DNA from: Candidatus Omnitrophota bacterium
GTDB taxonomy: Bacteria > Omnitrophota > Gorgyraeia > Gygaellales > Profunditerraquicolaceae
NCBI GenBank assembly: GCA_028712175.1
Contig: JAQTQQ010000003.1
Location: 71,093-135,092, forward strand
Direction of reading: 5' to 3'
DNA: 64,000 nucleotides
Shown: in pieces, positions 53,594 to 63,846 of the stretch
How positions within the stretch are numbered: the stretch's first letter is position 1
Layout of the letters: every line of letters starts with the position of its first letter
Notes under the pieces: generated by a model
Told to the model about the DNA's origin: nothing
The model's database searches: none
What the model saw: only the letters and a program-made list of their open reading frames with translations
Program-made: the position numbers and the translations under genes

Positions 53594-55213
53594 ATGATTA
53601 CCGTAAACAATCTATCATTACAATTCGGCCAGCGTAAACTTTTCTCCGGGGTAAACCTTGTTTTTTCACCCGGGAATTGTTATGGATTAATCGGCGCCAA
53701 CGGTTCCGGAAAATCCACTTTTTTAAAAATTCTTTCAGGCGAAATTGAATCGACTGCCGGGGAGGTGACTATGCCTTCCGGGAAGCGTATTTCAGTATTG
53801 AAGCAGGATCAGTTTGCTTTTGACCAGTTTCAGGTGCTTACTACGGTAATTATGGGCCATAAGCGGCTGTATGAGATTATCACTGAGAAGGAAGCAATTT
53901 ATGCCAAGACTCCTTTTACCGATGATGATGGAATGCATGCCTCAAGTTTAGAGGAAGAATTCACCGACCTTGATGGCTGGAATGCCGAGTCCAGCGCCGG
54001 AAAATTATTAAGTGATCTTGGCATAGAGGAGTCTTTACATACGGTACAGATGTCCCAACTGGAAGCCGGGATGAAATTTCGTGTTTTGCTTGCCCAAGCA
54101 TTATTCGGAAATCCGGATATTTTGCTTCTTGATGAGCCTACCAACCATTTGGATGTCGAATCCAGTATGTGGCTTGAAGAGTTTCTATGCGATTTTGAGA
54201 ATATTGCGATTGTTGTGTCCCATGACCGCCATTTTTTAGATAAGGTTTGCACCCATATTGCGGATATTGATTTTTCCAAGATCCATCTTTACGCGGGAAA
54301 TTACACCTTTTGGTCGGAGGCAAGCCAGCTTGCCGCGCGTCAGCGCAGCGAGACCAATAAAAAGCTGGAGGAAAAACGAAAAGATTTAAAGGATTTTATC
54401 ATGCGTTTTGCCAACAATGCTTCCAAGAGCCGTCAGGCGACCAGCCGTAAAAAGATCCTTGAAAAACTTACTATCGAAGATATCGAGCCCTCCAGCCGTA
54501 AGTATCCTTATATTAATTTTGAACAAGAAAGGGAAGCCGGCAATGACCTTTTAAGTATAAATAATTTATCTAAAATTCTTGATGGCGAGGTAATGTTTGA
54601 GCGGTTAAGCATTACTATTCATAAGGGCGACAAGGTCGCCTTTGTCGGCCCGAATGACCTTGCTAAAACTATGCTTTTTGAGGTCCTGATGAACGGGGCT
54701 AAGGCTGACAGCGGTGATTTCAAGTGGGGGGTTTCAACCCGCCGGGCGTATTACCCGAAAGATAACTCCTCTTTTTTTGATTCCCAGCTAAATATCGCCG
54801 ATTGGCTTAGGCAGTCTTCGCCGAATAGCGAAGAGGAGTTTATCCGTTCATTCCTGGGGCGAATGCTTTTTTCCGGAGAAGAAGCGCTTAAGCCGGTAAA
54901 TGTTTTGTCCGGAGGCGAAAAAGCCCGCTGTATGTTTACGCGAATGATGGTTAACCAGCCCAACGTGCTTATTTTGGATGAGCCGACCAACCATCTTGAT
55001 CTGGAATCCATTACTTCACTTAACCGCGGATTATCCAAATTTCAGGGTACAATTTTATTTTCTTCCCATGACCATGAATTAGTCCAGACCGCAGCAAACC
55101 GCATTATTGAAATTACTCCCAGAGGCTATATTGACCGCATTAGTACTACTTTTGATGAATATTTAGCTAACGAACAAATCAAAGAACAGCGGCATAAATT
55201 ATATAAAAAATAA
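53594..55213 (+). CDS. ABC-F family ATPase (tandem ABC domains, no TMD)
   Basis: Two Walker A motifs (GANGSGKST, GPNDLAKT). Two ABC signatures (LSGGEKAR region). Inter-domain linker. 539 aa. Confidence 0.85.
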   Translation: MITVNNLSLQFGQRKLFSGVNLVFSPGNCYGLIGANGSGKSTFLKILSGEIESTAGEVTMPSGKRISVLKQDQFAFDQFQVLTTVIMGHKRLYEIITEKEAIYAKTPFTDDDGMHASSLEEEFTDLDGWNAESSAGKLLSDLGIEESLHTVQMSQLEAGMKFRVLLAQALFGNPDILLLDEPTNHLDVESSMWLEEFLCDFENIAIVVSHDRHFLDKVCTHIADIDFSKIHLYAGNYTFWSEASQLAARQRSETNKKLEEKRKDLKDFIMRFANNASKSRQATSRKKILEKLTIEDIEPSSRKYPYINFEQEREAGNDLLSINNLSKILDGEVMFERLSITIHKGDKVAFVGPNDLAKTMLFEVLMNGAKADSGDFKWGVSTRRAYYPKDNSSFFDSQLNIADWLRQSSPNSEEEFIRSFLGRMLFSGEEALKPVNVLSGGEKARCMFTRMMVNQPNVLILDEPTNHLDLESITSLNRGLSKFQGTILFSSHDHELVQTAANRIIEITPRGYIDRISTTFDEYLANEQIKEQRHKLYKK

Positions 55214-55227
55214 GGCAGGAGGATACA

Positions 55228-55824
55228 ATGAAGGTTGTTGCATTTAACGCAAGCGCACGCCCTGACGGCAATACGGCAATCCTTATAAATGAGGTATTTA
55301 AAGAACTGCAAAAGAAGAAGATCGATACAGAGCTCGTTAATCTATCTACCGAAAAGATAGGAGGTTGTATAGCTTGCGGTAAATGTTTTGAGTTAAAGAA
55401 TAAAAAATGCGCAGTAACCAGTGATCCGGTTAACGAGTATATTAAAAAGATGCTGCAGGCCGATGGTATCATTATTGGTTCTCCGACGTATTTTGCCGAT
55501 TGCACGGCTGGTGCAAAAGCTTTGATTGAACGCGCGGGCATGGTTAGCCGGGCAAATAACAATATGCTGGCCCGTAAAGCCGGCGCTGCGGTCGTTTCGG
55601 TCAGGCGCGCAGGGGCAATTCATGCCTTTGATACAATAAACCATTTTTTTACGATAGGGGAGATGATTATAGTAGGTTCGTTATACTGGAATATCGGAAT
55701 TGGCCGTCAGATCGGCGAAGTAGAAAAGGACGAAGAGGGCATAAACACAATGAAGATGCTAGGTGTGAACATGGCTTGGCTTTTGGAAAAAATTTGTGAG
55801 CAGGAGAAAAACCATGAGGAGTAA
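55228..55824 (+). CDS. NAD(P)H-dependent FMN reductase / iron-sulfur flavoprotein-like
   Basis: Flavodoxin-like fold (MKVVAFNASARPDGNT). Cys cluster (CIACGKC...C). Confidence 0.7.
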   Translation: MKVVAFNASARPDGNTAILINEVFKELQKKKIDTELVNLSTEKIGGCIACGKCFELKNKKCAVTSDPVNEYIKKMLQADGIIIGSPTYFADCTAGAKALIERAGMVSRANNNMLARKAGAAVVSVRRAGAIHAFDTINHFFTIGEMIIVGSLYWNIGIGRQIGEVEKDEEGINTMKMLGVNMAWLLEKICEQEKNHEE

Positions 55825-56884
55825 AGTTTATTTTATTCCGGTTGCAGGCAACGATACCTTAAAGTTTATTAATGAAAAACTAAAAAAATTATTGGATAAA
55901 AGCGGGGTTATTGATTTTGTTGCTAAAAAGGACAGGTGTATCGTCAAAACTCATTTTGGTGAGGCCGGTAATACCGGTTTTATAATCCCTGAACATCTGC
56001 GTGTGGTTTGTGATGCCATTAGATTAAAAGGCGGAGAAGCATTTTTATCAGACGCAAATACGCTTTACCGCGGAAGGCGCCTTAACTCAAAAGATCATCT
56101 AAAATTGGCTTATGAACATGGGTTTAGAAAAGAGATTACCGGAACCGAGGTTATAATTCCGGATGATACGAAGAAGGAAAATGTAATTGCCGTTAAGATT
56201 GAAGGCGGCAGTATTAAAGAGGCAAAACTTTGCCGTATTTATATTGACAGCGATGCGTTTATTGCAGTCAGCCATTTTAAAGGCCATATCCTGACCGGTT
56301 TTGGCGGGGTATTAAAAAACATCGGCATGGGTTGTGCTTCGAGAGAGGGCAAGCTTGCCCAGCATTGTGACCTTGCCCCGGTCGTCCATCTCCAACAGTG
56401 CATCGGCTGCGGGAAGTGTGTAGAAATCTGCCCGGTAAAGGCGGTTCATCTTAAAAATAAAAAATCGGTTATAGATAAAACAAAATGTATCGGTTGCGCA
56501 AACTGTCTTGCGGTATGCCCGACCATGGCAATGTTTATTGATTTTGGCGCGGGTTATAAGGTTCAGGAGAAAATGGTTGAATATAGTTTAGCGGTACTTC
56601 AAGGGAATAAAGATAAGATAGGGTTTATAAATTTTGCCGTTAAAATTAACAAAGAGTGCGATTGTTGGGGAGGCGAGAATCCGCCTATTGCCCCTGATGT
56701 CGGTATATTGGCTTCGCTTGACCCGGTAAGTCTCGATAAAGCAAGTTTTGATTTAGTGAATAAGGCTTGCGCTACAGACATATTTAAAAAGAGCCACCCT
56801 GACCAAGACGGTTTAAAACAGCTAAAGTATGCCGAAGAGTTGGGGCTGGGCAGCCTTGATTATGAGTTGATAGAATTGCGATGA
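55814..56884 (+). CDS. DUF362-domain protein with two 4Fe-4S ferredoxin motifs
   Basis: Start at ATG 55814 (GGAGA 6 nt upstream). CIGCGKCVEICP and CIGCANCLAVCP motifs. DUF362-like N-terminal region. Confidence 0.7.
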   Translation: MRSKVYFIPVAGNDTLKFINEKLKKLLDKSGVIDFVAKKDRCIVKTHFGEAGNTGFIIPEHLRVVCDAIRLKGGEAFLSDANTLYRGRRLNSKDHLKLAYEHGFRKEITGTEVIIPDDTKKENVIAVKIEGGSIKEAKLCRIYIDSDAFIAVSHFKGHILTGFGGVLKNIGMGCASREGKLAQHCDLAPVVHLQQCIGCGKCVEICPVKAVHLKNKKSVIDKTKCIGCANCLAVCPTMAMFIDFGAGYKVQEKMVEYSLAVLQGNKDKIGFINFAVKINKECDCWGGENPPIAPDVGILASLDPVSLDKASFDLVNKACATDIFKKSHPDQDGLKQLKYAEELGLGSLDYELIELR

Positions 56885-56920
56885 GAAGTGGTATAATGAT
56901 TTAATAGGTTATTAGGAAGC

Positions 56921-57337
56921 TTGGGCGGAGGTTTTATGGCTGATAGCCTGAACAGAAGGAGATCCGAACGCAAGGATATTGCATATACTTTTACCTATAG
57001 CGTTGAAGAGCCTTATGAATTGCGACTTAGCATGACGCTGGCGGATAATCTAGACGTATTAATGCTTGATTTAAGCGACTTAGGCATGGCTATTGTCACA
57101 AAAGATAATTTACCTGTTGGCGCAAAGCTGCTTTTAAAGTTTAATCTTATGAATTTAAAGTTATCCGGAGAAGAGCGCTTAAGGCGCCTGGAGATTAAAG
57201 GCGAGGTAGCCTCCAATGTTATGTTTCCGGATACAAGCCATAGAATAGGCATATGTTTTAACAAGGTTTCCGAAGAAGATAAAGCTGCGATAGGTGAATT
57301 TGTGAGGCTTAATAAAATAAATGACGGGAGGAGTTAA
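56921..57337 (+). CDS. PilZ-domain protein (third copy)
   Basis: RRRSERK (RxxxR) and DLSDLGMA (DxSxxG) motifs. Confidence 0.65.
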   Translation: MGGGFMADSLNRRRSERKDIAYTFTYSVEEPYELRLSMTLADNLDVLMLDLSDLGMAIVTKDNLPVGAKLLLKFNLMNLKLSGEERLRRLEIKGEVASNVMFPDTSHRIGICFNKVSEEDKAAIGEFVRLNKINDGRS

Positions 57338-58287
57338 TGTTTAGGGAAAAAATTAAGGTTTTAGATTGCACTATCAGGGACGGCGGATTAATGAATAAAC
57401 ACGATTTTGACCTGCGTTTTGTGCGCCAGGTTTATAAGGCGCTTTCGGATGCGGGAATAGATTATATGGAGATCGGTTATAAGAATTCCAAGAGGCTCTT
57501 TAGCCCGAAAGAATATGGGAAGTGGAAATTCTGCGATGATTGCGAAATAAGAAAGGTTACCGAGGGGATAGAGTCACGGACCAAGATCTCCGTAATGGTT
57601 GACGTGGATAGGGTTGATGTTGAAGATATCCTGCCCAAAGAAGAAAGCCCCGTAGATATGATTAGGGTGGCTACTTATGTTAAAGATGTGGATAAGGCTA
57701 TATATCTGGTAAATCATTTTGCCGACAAAGGGTATGAAACTACGGTTAATATTATGGCAATATCCCGCGCTTTGGATAACGAGCTTACCGAATGTTTAGA
57801 ACAGCTGGAAAAAGAAAGCAAAGCCGGAATTATCTATATTGTAGATAGTTTTGGTTCGCTCTATCAGGAGACAACGGAGTTTTTGGTTAAAAAGGCAAAG
57901 GAAATCTTAAAAAGCAAAGAAGTCGGCATGCATGCCCATAATAATCAGCAGCTTGCTTTTGGCAATACGATTGAGGCGATTATTCATAATGCTAATTATG
58001 TGGACGGCTCTATCTTTGGTTTAGGCAGGGCTGCGGGTAATTGCCCCACGGAGTTAATACTGGGATTTTTGAAGAACCCGAAATACGATATCCGGCCGAT
58101 ACTGGATGTGATCTCTAAAGAGTTTATTCCTTTGCAGAAAAAGATTGAATGGGGTTATTTTATTCCCTATGCCATAACCGGGATTCTTGATGAGCATCCG
58201 CGTACAGCCATTGCTTTACGGGAAAGCGATAAAAAAGAGAATTACCGCGAGTATTATGAAAGTTTGATTGGCGAGGTCGAGGACTAA
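57337..58287 (+). CDS. HMGL-like (DmpG/pyruvate carboxyltransferase-type) aldolase
   Basis: ...VLDCTIRDGG... TIM-barrel aldolase signature. 316 aa. Confidence 0.7.
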   Translation: MFREKIKVLDCTIRDGGLMNKHDFDLRFVRQVYKALSDAGIDYMEIGYKNSKRLFSPKEYGKWKFCDDCEIRKVTEGIESRTKISVMVDVDRVDVEDILPKEESPVDMIRVATYVKDVDKAIYLVNHFADKGYETTVNIMAISRALDNELTECLEQLEKESKAGIIYIVDSFGSLYQETTEFLVKKAKEILKSKEVGMHAHNNQQLAFGNTIEAIIHNANYVDGSIFGLGRAAGNCPTELILGFLKNPKYDIRPILDVISKEFIPLQKKIEWGYFIPYAITGILDEHPRTAIALRESDKKENYREYYESLIGEVED

Positions 58288-58288
58288 A

Positions 58289-58927
58289 ATGAATTTAGAA
58301 CATTTTAAGGCTAAACCGATTCTTGGAATTCTGCGGGGGGCGGAGCTTCAAATTATCGAACCTTTGGTTGAGACGGTAATTTCTGCAGGGCTTGAGAGTT
58401 TGGAAATAACCATGAATACCTCCGGAGCCGCGGAATTAATTAAAACAGCAAAAAGTATTGCCGGCAAAAGGCTTGCTTTGGGCGCCGGGACAGTGCTTTC
58501 GATGCGGGATTTAAAAACAGCCTTAAAAAGCGGAGCCAGTTTTATTGTGATGCCTGTTTTAGTACGGGATGTCGTAAAATATTGCGTAAAAAATAAGATA
58601 CCTGTATTTCCCGGAGCCTTTACTCCGTCTGAAATCTATCAGGCTCAGAAGGCGGGCGCAACTATGGTTAAGGTTTTCCCTGCGGATTGCTGCGGCCCGG
58701 AATATTTCCGCAAGATCAAAGGGCCTTTTGATAAATGCCGGCTTTTAGCTTGCGGGGGAGTAACTCCTGAAAATTTAAAAGACTATTTTGCCTGCGGCGC
58801 CGACGCGGTAACTTTTGGCGCAAGCGTATTCAGGAGAGATTTTTTGTTAAAAAAGGATTTTAGGGCAATCGGCTCTCTAATTAAAAGATTTATTGATGCT
58901 TGGGAGGGAGAAAAAGATGAAGATTGA
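58289..58927 (+). CDS. eda: KDPG/KHG aldolase (Eda family)
   Basis: ...PILGILRG... ...LEITMNT... ...KVFPA... motifs. Start is chosen at ATG 58289, just after the upstream stop. Confidence 0.75.
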   Translation: MNLEHFKAKPILGILRGAELQIIEPLVETVISAGLESLEITMNTSGAAELIKTAKSIAGKRLALGAGTVLSMRDLKTALKSGASFIVMPVLVRDVVKYCVKNKIPVFPGAFTPSEIYQAQKAGATMVKVFPADCCGPEYFRKIKGPFDKCRLLACGGVTPENLKDYFACGADAVTFGASVFRRDFLLKKDFRAIGSLIKRFIDAWEGEKDED

Positions 58928-59330
58928 TATGCCGGTTATAATTTTGGCAGCAGTGTTTTTATTGGGCGGCTGTGCTTCTGTGCGTCCTGTGGCTAAAGTA
59001 GATATTATTGAAGAAGATTACACCTATACCGAAGAGCCGGAAATTTGTTTTTTCCCCAAGGACAAGGCAAAATGGGATGGTTACAGGGTTACCAACAAGA
59101 ACTGGGGCAGGCTCACCGATTATCAGAAATTAATGTTTATTTTTGAAGGTTCAAAGGAGATAGAGAAGAAGAAGGCGGTTATCGTGTCCCTAAAGGATAC
59201 CAGCCGCACCCTTTTTGCCTTAAATTATGGCATGGATATGGTAAATAAAGAAAATCCTGATGCCGCCGTGCCGGTGATAGATTTCTTCTACGATATCTTG
59301 CAGGAAACAAAAATGATCGCGCCTCGCTAG
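58917..59330 (+). CDS. Lipoprotein, hypothetical
   Basis: Lipobox LLGGCAS. No domains recognised. Confidence 0.4.
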   Translation: MKIDMPVIILAAVFLLGGCASVRPVAKVDIIEEDYTYTEEPEICFFPKDKAKWDGYRVTNKNWGRLTDYQKLMFIFEGSKEIEKKKAVIVSLKDTSRTLFALNYGMDMVNKENPDAAVPVIDFFYDILQETKMIAPR

Positions 59331-59342
59331 GAAAAATAAATT

Positions 59343-60986
59343 ATGCTTACCGTAATATTCTTGCTCGCAGTCGCATTATTCGTAGTGGCTTATCTAAAAT
59401 ACGGAAATTTTCTGAAAAAATATTTTCAGCTGAATGATAAGAATCATCCGCCTTCACGGCATATGTACGATGGGGTTGATTATGTTCCTGCGCCTATGCC
59501 TGTTTTATTCGGCCACCACTTTTCATCTATCGCCGGAGCCGGGCCGGTTTTGGGGCCGATAATTGCCGGCATTGCTTTTGGATGGGGCCCGGTATGGTTG
59601 TGGGTTATTATTGGTTCTATCTTTATCGGCGGTATCCATGATTTTTCGAGTTTAATAATTTCTGTCCGCAACCGCGGCCGTTCCATTGCGGAAATAGCCA
59701 ATACCTATATGTCTAAGCGGGCATACCATTTAATGCTCGCATTTATCTGGCTTTCTCTGGTATATGTATTGACTGTCTTTACGGATTTAACCGCAAATAC
59801 CTTTAAGCTTGATGGCGGAGTAGGCAGTTCATCGGTGCTTTTTATACTGGTTGCGGCAGGTTTTGGGATTTCTTTATACCGTTTAAAGATGCCGTTAAAA
59901 TGGGCGACTTTAATATTTGTTCCGCTGCTATTCGCTTTTGTCTGGCTGGGCCAGAGATTTCCTCTAAATAATATTCCGGAGATTTTTGGCGATCGGGCCA
60001 AGACATGGAATATTATATTGCTCGCATATTGTTTTATTGCGTCGGTTACCCCGGTTTGGATATTATTACAGCCTCGGGATTATTTGTCCAGTTTTCTGCT
60101 TTATGGTTCGGTTGTCGGAGGCTTTTTTGGTATCCTTTTAGGCGGCTTGCCGCTTAATTATCCGGCGTTTATCGGCTGGAACGCCCAAGACCTTGGGCCG
60201 GTATTCCCGATACTATTTGTAACTGTTGCCTGCGGAGCAATTAGCGGTTTTCATGCGGTTGTTGCCAGCGGAACATCGAGTAAGCAGTTAAAGAAAGAGA
60301 GCGATGCTTTACCTATTGGTTACGGCGCTATGCTGGTTGAAGGCTTGGTTGCGGTAATTGCTTTATGCACCGTTATGGTTATTGGAAGAGACGACCCTTT
60401 GGCGGCAAAAGCCCCTTTAGCAATTTACGGGGCAGGGATCGGAAAATTTCTATCTGTATTCGGAATACCGGAAAAATTCGGCGCTTCTTTTGGGCTGTTG
60501 GCTTTGTCTACTTTTATTCTAACCACTCTTGATACCGCAACCCGGCTTGCGCGCTATATCTTTCAGGAATTCTTTGATATTGAGGGTAAGCAGAAGCGTT
60601 ATCTGGCGACTGCAGTTACGCTGCTTCTACCCGCAGTTTTTGTATTAATCAACATTAAAGATGCAAGTGGCAGTATTATTCCTGCATGGAAAAGTATCTG
60701 GCCGATTTTTGGCGCAACAAACCAACTTTTGGCAGGGCTCGTGCTTATGGTTATAGCTGTTTGGCTTAAGAAAAAAGGCAAACATGTTTGGTTTGTCGTT
60801 ATCCCGATGGTTTTTATGCTGGTCATGACACTCTGGGCGCTTTTGTTGGTAATCATTCAATACAAGTTGAGTTTTGTCGGTTTTATCGGAGCAATTATAC
60901 TGTTTTTGGCGCTTTTGCTTATTTTAGAGGCGATTGAGATTTTCGAAGTAAAACATCACACCAAAAAAATTCTAAAGCGAAAATAA
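59343..60986 (+). CDS. cstA: Carbon starvation protein CstA (peptide/pyruvate transporter family)
   Basis: 547 aa polytopic protein. The ...VLFGHHFSSIAGAGPVLGPIIAG... motif is diagnostic of CstA. Confidence 0.9.
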   Translation: MLTVIFLLAVALFVVAYLKYGNFLKKYFQLNDKNHPPSRHMYDGVDYVPAPMPVLFGHHFSSIAGAGPVLGPIIAGIAFGWGPVWLWVIIGSIFIGGIHDFSSLIISVRNRGRSIAEIANTYMSKRAYHLMLAFIWLSLVYVLTVFTDLTANTFKLDGGVGSSSVLFILVAAGFGISLYRLKMPLKWATLIFVPLLFAFVWLGQRFPLNNIPEIFGDRAKTWNIILLAYCFIASVTPVWILLQPRDYLSSFLLYGSVVGGFFGILLGGLPLNYPAFIGWNAQDLGPVFPILFVTVACGAISGFHAVVASGTSSKQLKKESDALPIGYGAMLVEGLVAVIALCTVMVIGRDDPLAAKAPLAIYGAGIGKFLSVFGIPEKFGASFGLLALSTFILTTLDTATRLARYIFQEFFDIEGKQKRYLATAVTLLLPAVFVLINIKDASGSIIPAWKSIWPIFGATNQLLAGLVLMVIAVWLKKKGKHVWFVVIPMVFMLVMTLWALLLVIIQYKLSFVGFIGAIILFLALLLILEAIEIFEVKHHTKKILKRK

Positions 60987-61054
60987 GCCCGGGATGGCTT
61001 ATCTGCCGGGATAGGTTTCGAATTAAAGTTTGTCATCTTGGTTGTTTTTATAAG

Positions 61055-61083
61055 TTGACAATTTTGGATATCTGGGATAAAAT
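61055..61083 (+). promoter_or_regulatory. Consensus sigma70 promoter (TTGACA-17-TAAAAT)
   Basis: TTGACA at 61055-61060. TAAAAT at 61078-61083. ATG of the next gene is at 61093 (leader 10 nt or less, or leaderless). Confidence 0.5.
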
Positions 61084-61092
61084 TTCTTAATA

Positions 61093-62670
61093 ATGAAAAA
61101 ACGCGCGGTTCCATTATTATTGGCAGTTTTACTGCTTTTACCGCCTCCTCATCTACTGCAAGCAGGCAATAACTTCGCGGCAAATAAGCAATCCAAAGAA
61201 GTCTCCGTAAAGCCAGCCCAAGAGATTCCCCGGGTTCATAAAAAAAGTAATCCAAACATATCTGATGCCGATGCTATGTCCGCAGAAGTCGATTTCTACC
61301 TCGGTAACCATGAAAACAGCGAAAGAATACTAAAAGGGTTAAAGGATAAGCATGACCGTAATTTTGCGCTTTGGAGCAATAATTTAGCCTCACTCTACCT
61401 CTCCGAAGGAAGAAATAAAGAAGCCAGAGAATCTCTTACCGACGCCTTCCTGTTAATGAACAACTTCGATGCTTTTAAAAACCTTGAAGCTAAGGCTTTG
61501 GGTATTACAGGCAATGAGGCATCTAAAGCTTACAAAGGGGATCCCTACGAGAAAGTATTAAACTCTTTGTATCTTGGCCTTCTGCTTATTGATGAAGATG
61601 ACCTTGGCAATGCCGCCGCTTCTTTTAAAAACGGTATTCTTTGCGACTCGGATGTAGAAGGCGATCTCTATAAGAGCGATGTTGCTCCGCTTTACCTTCT
61701 TGCGGCAAGGACACAGATAATAACAGGCAACCAGGCTTTGGCCGATGAATATCTAAAGACAGCCAAGGATGCTTACTATCTATCTCATCCAACTAACAGG
61801 CAGATTGTCTGGGAGGAACAGATTCTGCAGAGTAAAAAATCAGATGCGCAAAAGGAGTTGAAAAAACTTCTCGGGGACCAGCCGGCTGATGCTAAAGAAG
61901 CAAAAAAGGCAAGTAAAAAGACAGAGAAGAAGATTGATGGATTAAAGTCGCAGATAGAAGCTTTAGACAATCAGATAAAGGAAAAAACAGCTCTTAGAGA
62001 AGAAAATAACAAAAAAATAACTTTACCTAATTTTAATAACTTTTTAAGCCAACAAAATAATGTCATCCTTTGTATCGAAACAGGAAAGGCGCCTTTAAAA
62101 GTGCAAACCGGCACCTATGGCGAAAAGGCAATCTTTAGATTAAAGCCCTATAAAGCAAAAAGATTTTCCGTTCTTCTTGATAAACATATAAATATTGATA
62201 AAAACTGTTTTCTTAATAATAATGATATACTTTATCAGGCTGAGACGCGCGGTGGAAGGAAAATGGACGGGATCCTAAAAGGCAAGGCGAATTTTAAAGA
62301 AACAACGGCAAAAGTGTCTACAGCTTTTATGGAGATGTCTGCGATAGCGGCAACTACTACCGCATTTTCCGGCTCCGGTGACAGCAGTGTTGCCGGCCTT
62401 GCTGTAACAGGAGCTTTCTTAGTTGCTGGGTTAGTAATGGCAGCTACCAGCGCTGCGGCAAATCCTTCTGCTGATGCAAGGCACTGGAGTTATCTGCCTG
62501 CTGAAATTCAGATCATACCTTTTAGCGCTGCCGCGGGAAAACATCATGTTAGTTTAATATCTTGTGATGATTCTGGCCGGGAACTTAAAGGGATGGAGGC
62601 GGAATTTGATATTGAAGTTAAGAATACCGGCACTACTGTTATTTTTAAGCGTATTTTTGAGAGGGTTTAG
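61093..62670 (+). CDS. Secreted hypothetical protein with coiled-coil / TPR-like regions
   Basis: Signal peptide. 525 aa. K/E-rich coiled coil (...KKLLGDQPADAKEAKKASKKTEKKIDGLKSQIEALDNQIKEK...). Confidence 0.4.
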   Translation: MKKRAVPLLLAVLLLLPPPHLLQAGNNFAANKQSKEVSVKPAQEIPRVHKKSNPNISDADAMSAEVDFYLGNHENSERILKGLKDKHDRNFALWSNNLASLYLSEGRNKEARESLTDAFLLMNNFDAFKNLEAKALGITGNEASKAYKGDPYEKVLNSLYLGLLLIDEDDLGNAAASFKNGILCDSDVEGDLYKSDVAPLYLLAARTQIITGNQALADEYLKTAKDAYYLSHPTNRQIVWEEQILQSKKSDAQKELKKLLGDQPADAKEAKKASKKTEKKIDGLKSQIEALDNQIKEKTALREENNKKITLPNFNNFLSQQNNVILCIETGKAPLKVQTGTYGEKAIFRLKPYKAKRFSVLLDKHINIDKNCFLNNNDILYQAETRGGRKMDGILKGKANFKETTAKVSTAFMEMSAIAATTTAFSGSGDSSVAGLAVTGAFLVAGLVMAATSAAANPSADARHWSYLPAEIQIIPFSAAAGKHHVSLISCDDSGRELKGMEAEFDIEVKNTGTTVIFKRIFERV

Positions 62671-63219
62671 ATGAGAAGATATTTTTCCACTTTTTTGATA
62701 ATTTGTTTTGTTATGATTTTCTCGGGATGCGCAAACCCTTACGTTTTAAGAAAACAGCAGAAGAGTTTAGTCCTTTCTCAGGATGAAGGAGTAGTCCTGT
62801 TTACCGCAGAGGTGTCCTCGGGAAAATACCGTCCTTTCCATTACAGCCTTCAGGAAATTAACCAGTATAAATTTTACGGGGCTTTAAATAAATACATCAT
62901 TCCTTGCGTGCCGGAAAATATCTCCGGTAGTTTCCTTGTCTTTGGCCTCAAGCTTCCCAAAGGCACATATAAATTGGATTCTTTTACCGGGCAATTAGGG
63001 GGATTTTTTGGCTACCAGCATTTTCTTGCCGCAGGCAATATTTTTGATGTTACGCCAATGAAGATAACCTATGCCGGCAGGCTTGTTTTTGACTGGAGCA
63101 CCGCAGGCTACAGCCAGTTAAATTTAGTGAAAGATGAATACGCTGTAGATATGGAATTAGAAAAAAAAGCTTTTCCCGTTCTACAGGGTAAAGAGATTGT
63201 CAAAGACCTGTCTTATTAG
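62671..63219 (+). CDS. Lipoprotein, hypothetical
   Basis: Lipobox FSGCAN. 182 aa. Confidence 0.4.
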   Translation: MRRYFSTFLIICFVMIFSGCANPYVLRKQQKSLVLSQDEGVVLFTAEVSSGKYRPFHYSLQEINQYKFYGALNKYIIPCVPENISGSFLVFGLKLPKGTYKLDSFTGQLGGFFGYQHFLAAGNIFDVTPMKITYAGRLVFDWSTAGYSQLNLVKDEYAVDMELEKKAFPVLQGKEIVKDLSY

Positions 63220-63231
63220 AAAGGAGAAGTA

Positions 63232-63828
63232 ATGATGAAAAAGCTGCTTTTGCTGCTTATGTTGCCTATATTTTTGTTTGGCTGCGCTACTCCGCAGACA
63301 TCGCATACGCGGAGTATTTTACCGGATGAAGATGATAATTTAGGAGGCACAGGTATTGAGTCTACGGATATACGCACAGTTGCCCGGAAAATGGCGGTTT
63401 CGATACTTGAAGTTCCTGAGATAAGCAAAGCGCAGGGCGCGGCGCCAAAGATTGCGCTTCTTCCTGTTAAAAATTCGACCCGTTTCTTAATTAATAGCGA
63501 TATATTTACCAAAAAAATACGCATTCAGCTTAATGAAAACACCCAAGGCAAACTCCGTTTTCTTGCCCGCGACAGAATAGAAGATATTATGCAAGAGAAG
63601 CAGCGAAAAATAGATGGCCTTGTCAGTGCCAGCAAGGAAGCGGATATGATGGGGGTTGATTATTATCTTACCGGAGAGCTGATGGGTATAAGTAAGGCCG
63701 CCGGAGGGGATAGGTCGGATTATATATCCATGTCCTTTCAGCTGGTAGATGCGGAGACTTCCGAGATTATCTGGGAAAATGAGTATGAAGTAAAAAGAGT
63801 CGGAGAGGCCGGAGTAGTTTATCAGTAA
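63232..63828 (+). CDS. LpoB-like lipoprotein (possible PBP activator)
   Basis: Lipobox LFGCAT. ...TGIESTDIRTVARKMAVSIL... and ...IALLPVKNST... resemble the LpoB family. Confidence 0.45.
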   Translation: MMKKLLLLLMLPIFLFGCATPQTSHTRSILPDEDDNLGGTGIESTDIRTVARKMAVSILEVPEISKAQGAAPKIALLPVKNSTRFLINSDIFTKKIRIQLNENTQGKLRFLARDRIEDIMQEKQRKIDGLVSASKEADMMGVDYYLTGELMGISKAAGGDRSDYISMSFQLVDAETSEIIWENEYEVKRVGEAGVVYQ

Positions 63829-63846
63829 ATTAAAAGGAGGGTATTT